Source: Zymomonas mobilis subsp. mobilis ATCC 10988
GTDB taxonomy: Bacteria; Pseudomonadota; Alphaproteobacteria; Sphingomonadales; Sphingomonadaceae
Assembly: GCF_000175255.2 (NCBI RefSeq)
Contig: NC_017262.1
Location: 360,001-392,000, forward strand
Direction: 5' to 3'
Length of the DNA: 32,000 nt
Part shown: in pieces, positions 1 through 7,946 of the stretch
Position numbering within the stretch: position 1 is the stretch's first letter
Layout of the letters: each line of letters starts with the position of its first letter
Notes under the pieces: generated by a model
Seen by the model: only the letters and a program-made list of their open reading frames with translations
Databases searched by the model: none
Told to the model about the DNA's origin: nothing
Translations under genes and position numbers: made by a program

Positions 1-43
1 TTTATAGCGGAATATATCTGTAACGAAAGGAATGCATTCGACC

Positions 44-562
44 ATGTCCAGCAACCGACTGACTAAACCTGTTCTTGGTTTTCTTCTGGGCGCAACGGCG
101 GCCTTTGGTCTTTCTCCGGTTATTGCGGGTGCCGCTTACGCTGCCGAGCAGGGTGTCTTCCAAAAGGCTGGCAACAGCATTCAGAATACAGCAGATAATG
201 CTGGCAAAGCTGTAAGTGATACGGCTGAAGATGCACATGACGGTGCCAAGAATGTGACGAATAAGGCTCGCCATTCTGCCAAAAGAAGCTGGAACAAAAC
301 TAAATCTACGGCCAAGAAAACCACGGATAAGAGCGGTGATGCGCTCGATAAATCTTGGGATAAAACCAAAAGCAGCGCCGAAACCGCTACCGATAATGCC
401 GGTCACACGATCGCAAGATCCGCTGACAAAGCAGGCGATGCTATCGAAAACACCACGGACAAAGCCGGCACCGGCATCAAAAAAGGGGCTAATACAGTCG
501 GTAAAGCCTTCTCTGGTGCATGGAAAGATGTCACGGGTGGCAACAAGTCAAAGGGCAAGTAA
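44..562 (+). CDS. Exported low-complexity Lys/Thr/Ala/Asp-rich protein, LEA/apolipoprotein-like helical repeats
   Basis: ORF 32..562; the ATG at 44 is an alternative start (MSSNRLTKPVLGFLLGATAAFGLSP...AYA-AEQ looks like a signal peptide). The mature part has repeated ADKAGDAIENTTDKAG-type segments. Confidence 0.7.
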   Translation: MSSNRLTKPVLGFLLGATAAFGLSPVIAGAAYAAEQGVFQKAGNSIQNTADNAGKAVSDTAEDAHDGAKNVTNKARHSAKRSWNKTKSTAKKTTDKSGDALDKSWDKTKSSAETATDNAGHTIARSADKAGDAIENTTDKAGTGIKKGANTVGKAFSGAWKDVTGGNKSKGK

Positions 563-583
563 TCTACCCTTTTTTCAAAACAG

Positions 584-620
584 CAAAAGCGCTTCCGATT
601 TCAAATCGGGAGCGCTTTTT
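584..620 (+). terminator. Intrinsic terminator after the LEA-like gene
   Basis: Inverted repeat AAAAGCGCTTCCGATT-TCAA-ATCGGGAGCGCTTTTTT; approximate boundaries. Confidence 0.8.
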
Positions 621-933
621 TTATATATTATTCCCTAGAATACATAGCGGATAGCCGTCTTCATTTCATCCGAGCAGTTAGCCCCCTATCCTGCCTCATT
701 CTTTCTTAAACAGGCCGAATTTTTTAATCGGGCGCGCAATCCGATTTCAGACCTGAAATAACCCAAAAAAGATTCAAAACATTTTAAAAAATTTAACATT
801 TTATACTAAAATAATTTATAATCTAAATTTTGTTTCAAAAAACAACAAAAAGCGATAACACTAGTAACCCGTTAACTTCAAAAACGGATGTTTTTTACAA
901 TCAATGTAAGGCTTCCCTGATAGCAGGATTTTA

Positions 934-2532
934 TTGATGCGCTTTTCTCTTCTTGTGACGTCCTTATTATTTTCCGCCAGTACGCTAGCGGCTCCGGCCA
1001 TGGCCGATCATAGCCATAAAAAAGATTTCGATAAAAAAGTCGAAAATAAAGAGCAAAATCCTGTCCCGACAGATGATATCCAGTCTAATTGGGCAAAACC
1101 GCCTGTTGCCGAACAGGAAAAGACGACAGAGCACAGCGTCTCCCTTAATGGCAAAGAGCTGCATTACAAAGCAACCGCAGGCACTTTGACTATTCGGGAT
1201 GATAATGGGAAACCGACTGCCAGCGTTTTCTACACGGCCTATACGCTCGATACTAAAAATCTAGCGACCAAAAATCGTCCCGTCACTTTTTTCTATAATG
1301 GCGGGCCAGGATCTTCCAGCTTATGGCTCCATGTGGGTTCATTTGCGCCGGTAAAGGTCAATACAACCGATCCAGTCACAATCCGTCCTGCCCCTTATAG
1401 CTTTGGGGTCAATCCCGATAGCATGCTGGATATATCAGATCTGGTCTTTATTGATGCGGTCGGCGCGGGCTATTCTCGACCTTTGGGCGATACAAAAGGT
1501 GCCGCTTTTTGGGGCGTGGATCAGGATGCGCGTGCCTTTGCCAAAACGATCGAACGTTATGTTAATAAGAATCAGCGCTGGAGCAGCCCAAAATATCTTT
1601 TCGGTGAAAGCTATGGCACAACGCGTTCCGGCCAATTAGTCAATTTGTTACAAAATGATGGGATGCAGTTTAACGGGGTTGTTCTGCTTTCCTCTATTTT
1701 AAATTACGGCATCCGTCAGGCAGGCTACGATCATATCTATAAAGCCTATTTGCCAAGCTATGCAGCAACTGCGTGGTATCATAACAAATTAGCCAATCGT
1801 CCGGCTGATTTAAAAAATTTTCTGGATCAGGCTCGCGCCTTTGCGGCGGGGGATTATGCCGCAGCCTTGGAAAAAGGTGATTTGATTTCCGATGCCGAGA
1901 AAAACCGCGTCGCACAGCAAATGTCTGTCTTTACGGGATTATCGCCCGAATTTATCAAATTGAATAATCTTCGGGTTGAATTAGGCAGCTTCAGAAAAGA
2001 ATTATTGCGTGATCGGCATTTAACCACAGGTCGTCTTGATGCCCGCTATACGGGTATTGATACCGAACCAGCCGGAGAAAGTCCGGAATATGATGCCTCT
2101 GGCTCCGCTGTTTCCGGTGCGTTCTACGCTTTATTCAGGGATTATCTCGGCCGTGACCTCGGCTATCAGAGCGATCTTGATTATCGTATCAGCATTTATG
2201 GTCAGCCCGGCTTTAACTGGGACTGGAAGCATAAAGCTCCAACGGGTTCCTTCCCGCAGGAAATGCCGGATGTCGCTGTCGATTTATCGGCGGCTATGCG
2301 CGAAAATCCTCATCTGAAAATTTTATCACTGAACGGTTATTACGATATGGCAACGCCGTTTTTCGCGACGGAATATGACCTTTCTCATATGATGCTTGAA
2401 CCGGCACAACGGACGAATATCAGCTATCGTTATTATCCGTCAGGCCACATGGTCTATTTAGACCCCGCTTCCTTACATCAGATGAAAAAAGATATTGCCG
2501 TTTTCTACGGCCAGACAACGACCAAAGAATAA
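934..2532 (+). CDS. Serine carboxypeptidase family (peptidase S10), exported
   Basis: N-terminal signal peptide; FFYNGGPGSSS oxyanion-type motif and GESYGTTR catalytic Ser motif; 532 aa. Confidence 0.85.
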   Translation: MMRFSLLVTSLLFSASTLAAPAMADHSHKKDFDKKVENKEQNPVPTDDIQSNWAKPPVAEQEKTTEHSVSLNGKELHYKATAGTLTIRDDNGKPTASVFYTAYTLDTKNLATKNRPVTFFYNGGPGSSSLWLHVGSFAPVKVNTTDPVTIRPAPYSFGVNPDSMLDISDLVFIDAVGAGYSRPLGDTKGAAFWGVDQDARAFAKTIERYVNKNQRWSSPKYLFGESYGTTRSGQLVNLLQNDGMQFNGVVLLSSILNYGIRQAGYDHIYKAYLPSYAATAWYHNKLANRPADLKNFLDQARAFAAGDYAAALEKGDLISDAEKNRVAQQMSVFTGLSPEFIKLNNLRVELGSFRKELLRDRHLTTGRLDARYTGIDTEPAGESPEYDASGSAVSGAFYALFRDYLGRDLGYQSDLDYRISIYGQPGFNWDWKHKAPTGSFPQEMPDVAVDLSAAMRENPHLKILSLNGYYDMATPFFATEYDLSHMMLEPAQRTNISYRYYPSGHMVYLDPASLHQMKKDIAVFYGQTTTKE

Positions 2533-2566
2533 TCTCACTTTTTTTTGATGTGACAATCTAATCATC

Positions 2567-2597
2567 AGCCTCTGACAGATTTCTGTCAGGGGCTTTT
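2567..2597 (+). terminator. Intrinsic terminator
   Basis: CCTCTGACAGA-TT-TCTGTCAGGGG followed by CTTTTTAA. Confidence 0.75.
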
Positions 2598-2856
2598 TAA
2601 TTGTCGCATAAATTATTCAGTCATCGAGACCTTAAAACCCCGCTCTTTTAAAAGATAACCTGACTTGGCGGTTTCTGATCTCATTTTGGTAAAAATGGGG
2701 GGAATTTTACTCTCACAGGTTCTATCCTTTGACGGCTTCTTTTTTATCATCATTCAAGGTTGGTATCGGTTCGCGTCAAATAGATAAAAAGATGTAAAAA
2801 AATTTTCTAAAAATCTTGAAATACCCCTTCCCTATATTATCTCAATCTCAACAAGC

Positions 2857-2935
2857 GATATGGCCATTCGGCATATAACTTGTTGGTCTGGCATAATGCA
2901 GACATAAAAAATTTAGTCGCTTACTAAAGGATTAG
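2857..2935 (+). promoter_or_regulatory. ROSE-like RNA thermometer in the Hsp20 5' leader
   Basis: Three consecutive stem-loops. The last one (2913-2935) places TCGCT (UYGCU signature, 2917-2921) opposite the Shine-Dalgarno AGGA (2928-2931) with the central G unpaired. ATG is at 2941. Confidence 0.75.
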
Positions 2936-2940
2936 AGAAT

Positions 2941-3429
2941 ATGCGTGCTTTTGATCTTACCCCTTTCTTGCGTTCATCTGTCGGTTTTGAAAATATTAAC
3001 CGTTTAGTCGATCTGGCGTCTCGCGGTGAAAGTGAAAGTTTCCCCCCCTACAATATCGAAAAATTAGCCGAGAACCGTTATTGTATTTCTATGGCCGTTG
3101 CCGGTTTTTCCAAGGATGAACTTGATGTAACCGTGCAAGAAAACGTCCTTACAATTACAGGTCGCGCAACGGAAACGGCGAATAAAGAAGGACGTGAATA
3201 TCTGCATCGCGGTATCGCCAAACGCAGTTTTGAACGCCGCTTTCAGCTAGCGGATACGATCAAAATTGTCGGTGCCGATTACAAAGACGGTCTGTTGAAT
3301 ATCGAACTGGATCGCGTGGTTCCTGAACAGAAAAAACCACGGAAAATTGAAATCGGTGGTGCAAAAGACGAACAGCCCAAAATCGAAGGCGATGTTGTCG
3401 ATGCAAAGCTAAAGCAGCAAGCCGCCTAA
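2941..3429 (+). CDS. Small heat-shock protein, Hsp20/alpha-crystallin (IbpA-like)
   Basis: 162 aa; MRAFDLTPFLRSSVGFENINRL...YRISMAVAGFSKDELDVTVQENVLTITG-type alpha-crystallin domain and GLLNIELDRVVPEQKKPRKIEI C-terminal anchor. Confidence 0.95.
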   Translation: MRAFDLTPFLRSSVGFENINRLVDLASRGESESFPPYNIEKLAENRYCISMAVAGFSKDELDVTVQENVLTITGRATETANKEGREYLHRGIAKRSFERRFQLADTIKIVGADYKDGLLNIELDRVVPEQKKPRKIEIGGAKDEQPKIEGDVVDAKLKQQAA

Positions 3430-3462
3430 CAAATCGCGGAATAATTTCCTTGTTATAAACAA

Positions 3463-3495
3463 AAAGGCCACATCTCAAAAGGATGTGGCCTTTTT
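3463..3495 (+). terminator. Intrinsic terminator after hsp20
   Basis: AAAGGCCACATC-TCAAAAG-GATGTGGCCTTTTT. Confidence 0.9.
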
Positions 3496-3524
3496 CTATT
3501 CTGGCTTTTTTAAAAAAGGATAAA

Positions 3525-3728
3525 TTACGCAATAATATCAGGCACTAACCGGTCTTCTAAAAGGGTAATTTCATCTTTTAAACGCAGTTTTCTTTTTTTC
3601 ATCCGTGCCAAACGGAGCTGCTCTACCGGATTATTGAGCGCCAAGGCTTCAATAGCGATATCAAGATCCCGATGTTCCTGACGTAGCAGGTTCAGCTGCT
3701 CCCGTATTGCGTCATTGTTCATCATCAA
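3525..3728 (-). CDS. DUF465 (YdcH-like) small coiled-coil protein
   Basis: 67 aa, L..EHRDLD..I..L.......L..LKK.KL.LKDEI pattern; AAAGGA upstream of the start cluster. The true start may be an ATG at 3725 or 3722. Confidence 0.8.
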   Translation of the reverse strand: MMMNNDAIREQLNLLRQEHRDLDIAIEALALNNPVEQLRLARMKKRKLRLKDEITLLEDRLVPDIIA

Positions 3729-3923
3729 TCCTTTAAAAATCTACTGATACATCGCCTTCATGAAAGCCATCTGTGCTATCGTCTTGCTTCTATGCCATAT
3801 TGGTCGTGTAAAAAATACAACTTATCTGCAAAAAAGATTTTGTATCACGACATAGCGAATGATCTGTGTTTTACTCTCATCAGTCAGGCCATTCTGTCTG
3901 GCATTAACGGGAGATTATTCGTT

Positions 3924-4082
3924 ATGAGAAACAATCACCTCACCGCATTATTTTCAAAACACGCCGATCTTGATGCGCGCTTACGATCCGAGGCCTCACG
4001 CCCCAATCCCGATTTTGCTGTGCTGAATCGCCTAAAAAAAGAAAAGCTCCGCGTTAAAGAAAATATTTTCTCGCTAAAATAA
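3924..4082 (+). CDS. DUF465 (YdcH-like) small protein
   Basis: ATG at 3924 preceded by GGGAG; MRNNHLTALFSKHADLDARLRSEASRPNPDFAVLNRLKKEKLRVKENIFSLK matches the SKHADLD...LKKEKLRLKD pattern. Confidence 0.8.
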   Translation: MRNNHLTALFSKHADLDARLRSEASRPNPDFAVLNRLKKEKLRVKENIFSLK

Positions 4083-4086
4083 AAGA

Positions 4087-4124
4087 AAAAGGACTTAAGC
4101 CATCAAGCTTAAGTCCTTTTTTAA
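4087..4124. terminator. Bidirectional terminator between convergent genes
   Basis: AAAAGGACTTAAGC-CATCAA-GCTTAAGTCCTTTTTT with A/T runs on both sides. Confidence 0.85.
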
Positions 4125-4129
4125 AGTTT

Positions 4130-4615
4130 CTATTCTTCTCTTGATACTTTTTCATGACGTTCGTGCTTTTCTTGGGCTTCGATCGTCATGGTTGCAATCG
4201 GTCGGGCTTCCAATCGCGCCAGCGAGATCGGCTCTCCCGTCACCTCGCAATAGCCATATTCCCCTTCATCAAGTCGCCGTAAAGCTGCATCAATTTTTGA
4301 AATCAGCTTGCGCTGGCGGTCACGCGTCCGCAATTCAATTGACCAGTCGGTTTCACTTGATGCCCGATCGGTAAGGTCAGCTTCTTTCAAAGACTCTTGG
4401 CGTAGCTGGGCAAGCGTTCCACGAGACTCAATCAGGATAGCCTCTTTCCATTTCAGCAGTTTTTCGCGGAAATAAGCCTGCTGCCGTTCATTCATAAACG
4501 GCTCGTCCGGTGAAGGCCGATAGTCATCGGGGGCGGCGACAGAAGGCGCTTTTTCCAAAGCACTGGTTTTAATACCGTTGGTATCAACCTTAGAAGCAGT
4601 GAAATTAGATGCCAT
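4130..4615 (-). CDS. dksA: RNA polymerase-binding transcription factor DksA
   Basis: Protein from MASNFTASK...; RDRQRKLISKIDAALRRLDEGEYGYCEVTGEPISLARLEARPIATMTIEAQEKHERHEK. Start at 4615 preceded by AAAGGGAGCAAAGTAT. Confidence 0.92.
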   Translation of the reverse strand: MASNFTASKVDTNGIKTSALEKAPSVAAPDDYRPSPDEPFMNERQQAYFREKLLKWKEAILIESRGTLAQLRQESLKEADLTDRASSETDWSIELRTRDRQRKLISKIDAALRRLDEGEYGYCEVTGEPISLARLEARPIATMTIEAQEKHERHEKVSREE

Positions 4616-4911
4616 ATACTTTGCTCCCTTTATTAAAGCTGGCAACCACCCTCTCGCTGCGCGGTTCATCAAACAAGGACACTCCGGGCAGAAATCAGGC
4701 TTCACTCTGTATAATGCGTGCTAACTACAAGACAGAGAAAACTCTGTTATATGGCCAACCACGTCACGACTCTTGCTCTATTAAACAGGGGAAACCGATC
4801 AGACAAGATAGAGAAGTATCATAGTATTAAATACTATTTTTAAAATAGATGGACTATGGATTTTTTTATACGGTCTTGCGTTCGATTTACAGCATTGTCA
4901 TAGGCAGGACT

Positions 4912-6189
4912 ATGCATGATATAAGACTAATCCGTTCAGAGCCTGAAAATTTCGACAAGGCTTTATCCCGTCGGGGATTTGAACCCGTTTCCAAAACCAT
5001 TCTTGAAATGGATGGCGAACGCCGGACATTGGCTTTGGAACTTCAAACGTTGCAGACGAAACGTAATGAAGTTTCCCGCCAAATCGGACAAGCCATGAAA
5101 CAGGGCGAGAAAGACAAAGCCGAAGAAATGAAGGCCGAGGTTTCCGCTATCAAAGAAAAGATGGCTGCGCTTGAAGGCGAAGAAGCCGCTTTGGGTGACA
5201 AGCTGCAACGCTTCTTGTCCACTATCCCCAATCTCGCTGCCGAAGACGTGCCCGAAGGCAAAGACGAACAAGACAATAAAGAAGTCTTTCGTTGGGGCGA
5301 ACCGCGCCAATTCTCTTTCAAACCAAAAGAACATGCGGATTTTGCACCGGCTTTAGGTCTCGATTTTGATACCGCCGCTGCCATGTCGGGTGCCCGTTTT
5401 GCCTTAATGAAGGGGGCTATGGCACGCCTCAATCGGGCAATCGGCCAATATATGCTGGATTGCCAGACTGAAAAGAACGGTTTTACCGAAATTGCCCCGC
5501 CGCTTTTGGTGCGCGACCACGCCCTTTTCGGCACAGGTCAGCTTCCCAAATTTGAAGAAGATTTATTCCATACGACAGATGACCGCTGGCTTATTCCAAC
5601 GGCCGAAGTTTGCCTGACCAATATCGTTCGGGAATCCATCCTTGACGAAAAAGCGCTGCCTTTGCGCTTTACCGCTTTAACGCCCTGCTTCCGTGCCGAG
5701 GCCGGTGCCGCCGGTCGCGATACAAGAGGCCTCATTCGTCAGCATCAATTCGACAAAGTCGAGATGGTGGCGATCACTACGCCAGAACAATCGACCGCAG
5801 AACAAATGCGGATGGTAGAATGTGCCGAACAGATTTTGCAAAATCTGAAACTCCCTTATCGTCGGGTTCTGCTATGCACAGGTGATATGGGCTTCTCAGC
5901 CACGCGGACTTATGATCTCGAAGTCTGGCTGCCGGGACAGAATTGCTATCGCGAAATCAGTAGTATTTCAGATTGTGGTGCTTTTCAGGCAAGACGGATG
6001 AACACCCGCTATCGCCCCGAAGAAGGCAAAGGCAACGCTGCGGTTCATACTTTGAACGGTTCTGGCCTTGCAGTCGGTCGAACATTGGTCGCTATTCTTG
6101 AAAATTATCAGGAAGAAGATGGCACGGTCACCATTCCCGAAGTGCTTCATCCTTATATGAATGGCATTACCAAGCTGGAGATTATCTAA
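4912..6189 (+). CDS. serS: Seryl-tRNA synthetase
   Basis: [22 protein letters not shown]...; class II motifs [29 protein letters not shown] and [22 protein letters not shown]. Confidence 0.97.
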   Translation: MHDIRLIRSEPENFDKALSRRGFEPVSKTILEMDGERRTLALELQTLQTKRNEVSRQIGQAMKQGEKDKAEEMKAEVSAIKEKMAALEGEEAALGDKLQRFLSTIPNLAAEDVPEGKDEQDNKEVFRWGEPRQFSFKPKEHADFAPALGLDFDTAAAMSGARFALMKGAMARLNRAIGQYMLDCQTEKNGFTEIAPPLLVRDHALFGTGQLPKFEEDLFHTTDDRWLIPTAEVCLTNIVRESILDEKALPLRFTALTPCFRAEAGAAGRDTRGLIRQHQFDKVEMVAITTPEQSTAEQMRMVECAEQILQNLKLPYRRVLLCTGDMGFSATRTYDLEVWLPGQNCYREISSISDCGAFQARRMNTRYRPEEGKGNAAVHTLNGSGLAVGRTLVAILENYQEEDGTVTIPEVLHPYMNGITKLEII

Positions 6190-6956
6190 TGCGTATTCTG
6201 ATAACCAATGACGACGGTATCGCCGCACAGGGTATCAAGATTCTGGAAGAAATCGCTCATAAAATTTCGGACGATGTAACGGTTGTCGCTCCTGACAAAG
6301 AACGTTCCGGCATGGCACATTCTTTGACTTTAAGCCTGCCCAGCCGCCTCTATAAACATGATGACCGCCATTATTCGGTATCAGGCACGCCATCTGACTC
6401 GGTGGTGATGGGCATTAAAGAGATTATGAAAGATAATCCGCCTGACCTCGTCTTGTCTGGGATCAATCATGGTGCCAATCTGGCCGAAGATGTTACCTAT
6501 TCCGGTACGGTATCCGCTGCAATGGAAGGTGCCATTGCAGGCATCCGTTCCATCGGTCTCAGTCAGGTTTATTCGCCTGATTTCAAAAATGGCGCGCTTT
6601 CTTTTGATACAGCCGTCAGTTGGGGCGAAAAAGTTATCAGACAGCTGATTGACTCCACTTTGCCGAACCGGACATTTTACAATGTCAATTTCCCAGCTTG
6701 TGAAAATGACGATGTCAAAGGTATTCGGGTTGTTGCCCAAGGTCATCGTGACTATGGCCGCCTGAATATTGAAAAAGGCGTCGATCCTCGCGGGAAAGAC
6801 TGGTATTGGTTGGCCTTGGGGGAAGCGATCAGCAAAGACAACCTGAATGGCGATCTTGATCTTTCCTATCAAAATTATGTCACCGTCACACCGCTTGCGC
6901 CTAATTTGACGGATGTCGCTTCGCTGCAACCGTTGACGGATATACTCGCCAAATGA
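6189..6956 (+). CDS. surE: 5'/3'-nucleotidase SurE
   Basis: [23 protein letters not shown]...[18 protein letters not shown]; TAATG overlap with serS. Confidence 0.96.
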   Translation: MRILITNDDGIAAQGIKILEEIAHKISDDVTVVAPDKERSGMAHSLTLSLPSRLYKHDDRHYSVSGTPSDSVVMGIKEIMKDNPPDLVLSGINHGANLAEDVTYSGTVSAAMEGAIAGIRSIGLSQVYSPDFKNGALSFDTAVSWGEKVIRQLIDSTLPNRTFYNVNFPACENDDVKGIRVVAQGHRDYGRLNIEKGVDPRGKDWYWLALGEAISKDNLNGDLDLSYQNYVTVTPLAPNLTDVASLQPLTDILAK

Positions 6957-7828
6957 TAAAAAGCCTGCCTTTCTGGAAGATATTCTGCCTTGCCCTTTTT
7001 ATAGGCGGCATCAGTCTTTCGACTTTTGCCCAAGCGGCAAATTCAGATATCTACCATGTTAGGTCAGGCGAAACCTTAAACGGTATCGCGCATCGGCTCG
7101 GCCTTAAATCCGATGATTTAATCAGCCGCAACCATCTAAAAGCGCCCTACCGTTTACGGGAAGGACAGATATTGATGATACCGGAGGGACAATCTTCTTA
7201 TATTGTCCAATCCGGTGATACCGGCCTTAGTTTGGCGCATCGTTATCAAATATCATGGCAACGGATTATCAGCCTCAATCATTTACAGCCGCCCTATCGC
7301 CTTAGAGAGGGTATGAAGCTGGTATTGCCGACGGCTTCACTCAAAAGCCACAGCGAAGATTCCCGCGATAATCATCTCAATGTGAAACAAATTGTCGGCG
7401 GCGCCCAACCCGCCAGTCGGCATGATAATAACAAAGCCGGACAGCCGCTTCATTTTGGTTGGCCTGCCCATGGCTCAGTTATTCGCCATTATGGTCGAAC
7501 AGATAACGGCCACGTCAATAACGGACTGGATATTGCAGCCTCGATAGGATCAACCATCTTCGCTACAGAGGATGGCCATGTTGCTTATACCGGAACCCAT
7601 ATTTCTGTTTTAGGCGGTGTCATTCTGATTCAACATGCCCAAGGCTGGACAAGTGTTTACGGCCATCTTGATAAGATCAAAGTCAAGCAGGGCGATTTTG
7701 TCAGAAAAGGCGAAGTCATCGCCTCTGCCGGAGAAAGCGGCAATACCCCCCGCCCTCAACTTCATTTTGAAATCAGGCATGGCTTGAAAGCGGTCAACCC
7801 CGCCCGTCTTTTACCTTTACGGAAATAG
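6953..7828 (+). CDS. LysM / M23 peptidase family murein hydrolase activator (NlpD-like)
   Basis: Signal peptide, two LysM repeats ([18 protein letters not shown]; [16 protein letters not shown]) and M23 domain ([11 protein letters not shown]...VYGHLDKI...HFEIR). ATGA overlap with surE. Confidence 0.9.
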   Translation: MIKSLPFWKIFCLALFIGGISLSTFAQAANSDIYHVRSGETLNGIAHRLGLKSDDLISRNHLKAPYRLREGQILMIPEGQSSYIVQSGDTGLSLAHRYQISWQRIISLNHLQPPYRLREGMKLVLPTASLKSHSEDSRDNHLNVKQIVGGAQPASRHDNNKAGQPLHFGWPAHGSVIRHYGRTDNGHVNNGLDIAASIGSTIFATEDGHVAYTGTHISVLGGVILIQHAQGWTSVYGHLDKIKVKQGDFVRKGEVIASAGESGNTPRPQLHFEIRHGLKAVNPARLLPLRK

Positions 7829-7946
7829 CCACTTTTGATTATGGCAATATCCTTAATCTATTGCCAAAAGAAAAAGGATATCTCCTATCCGCTGGATAAC
7901 AGACCATATAGCCGTATTTTTTCTCTTTTGCTCGGCAATCGTCTCT

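Noticed and set aside
2600-2760. Intergenic region upstream of hsp20 considered as a possible small RNA
   Set aside because: No convincing promoter-hairpin-terminator combination visible; needs RNA-seq.
2815-2840. CTTGAAATACCCCTTCCTATATTAT resembling an RpoH (sigma-32) promoter for hsp20
   Set aside because: The spacing between CTTGAAA and the CCTATATT-like -10 is only ~8 bp rather than ~13-15. It may be real but cannot be supported without TSS data.
5043-5534. Long antisense ORF (163 aa) inside serS
   Set aside because: Shadow ORF opposite a highly conserved gene; composition follows the serS codon structure and there is no RBS or family resemblance.
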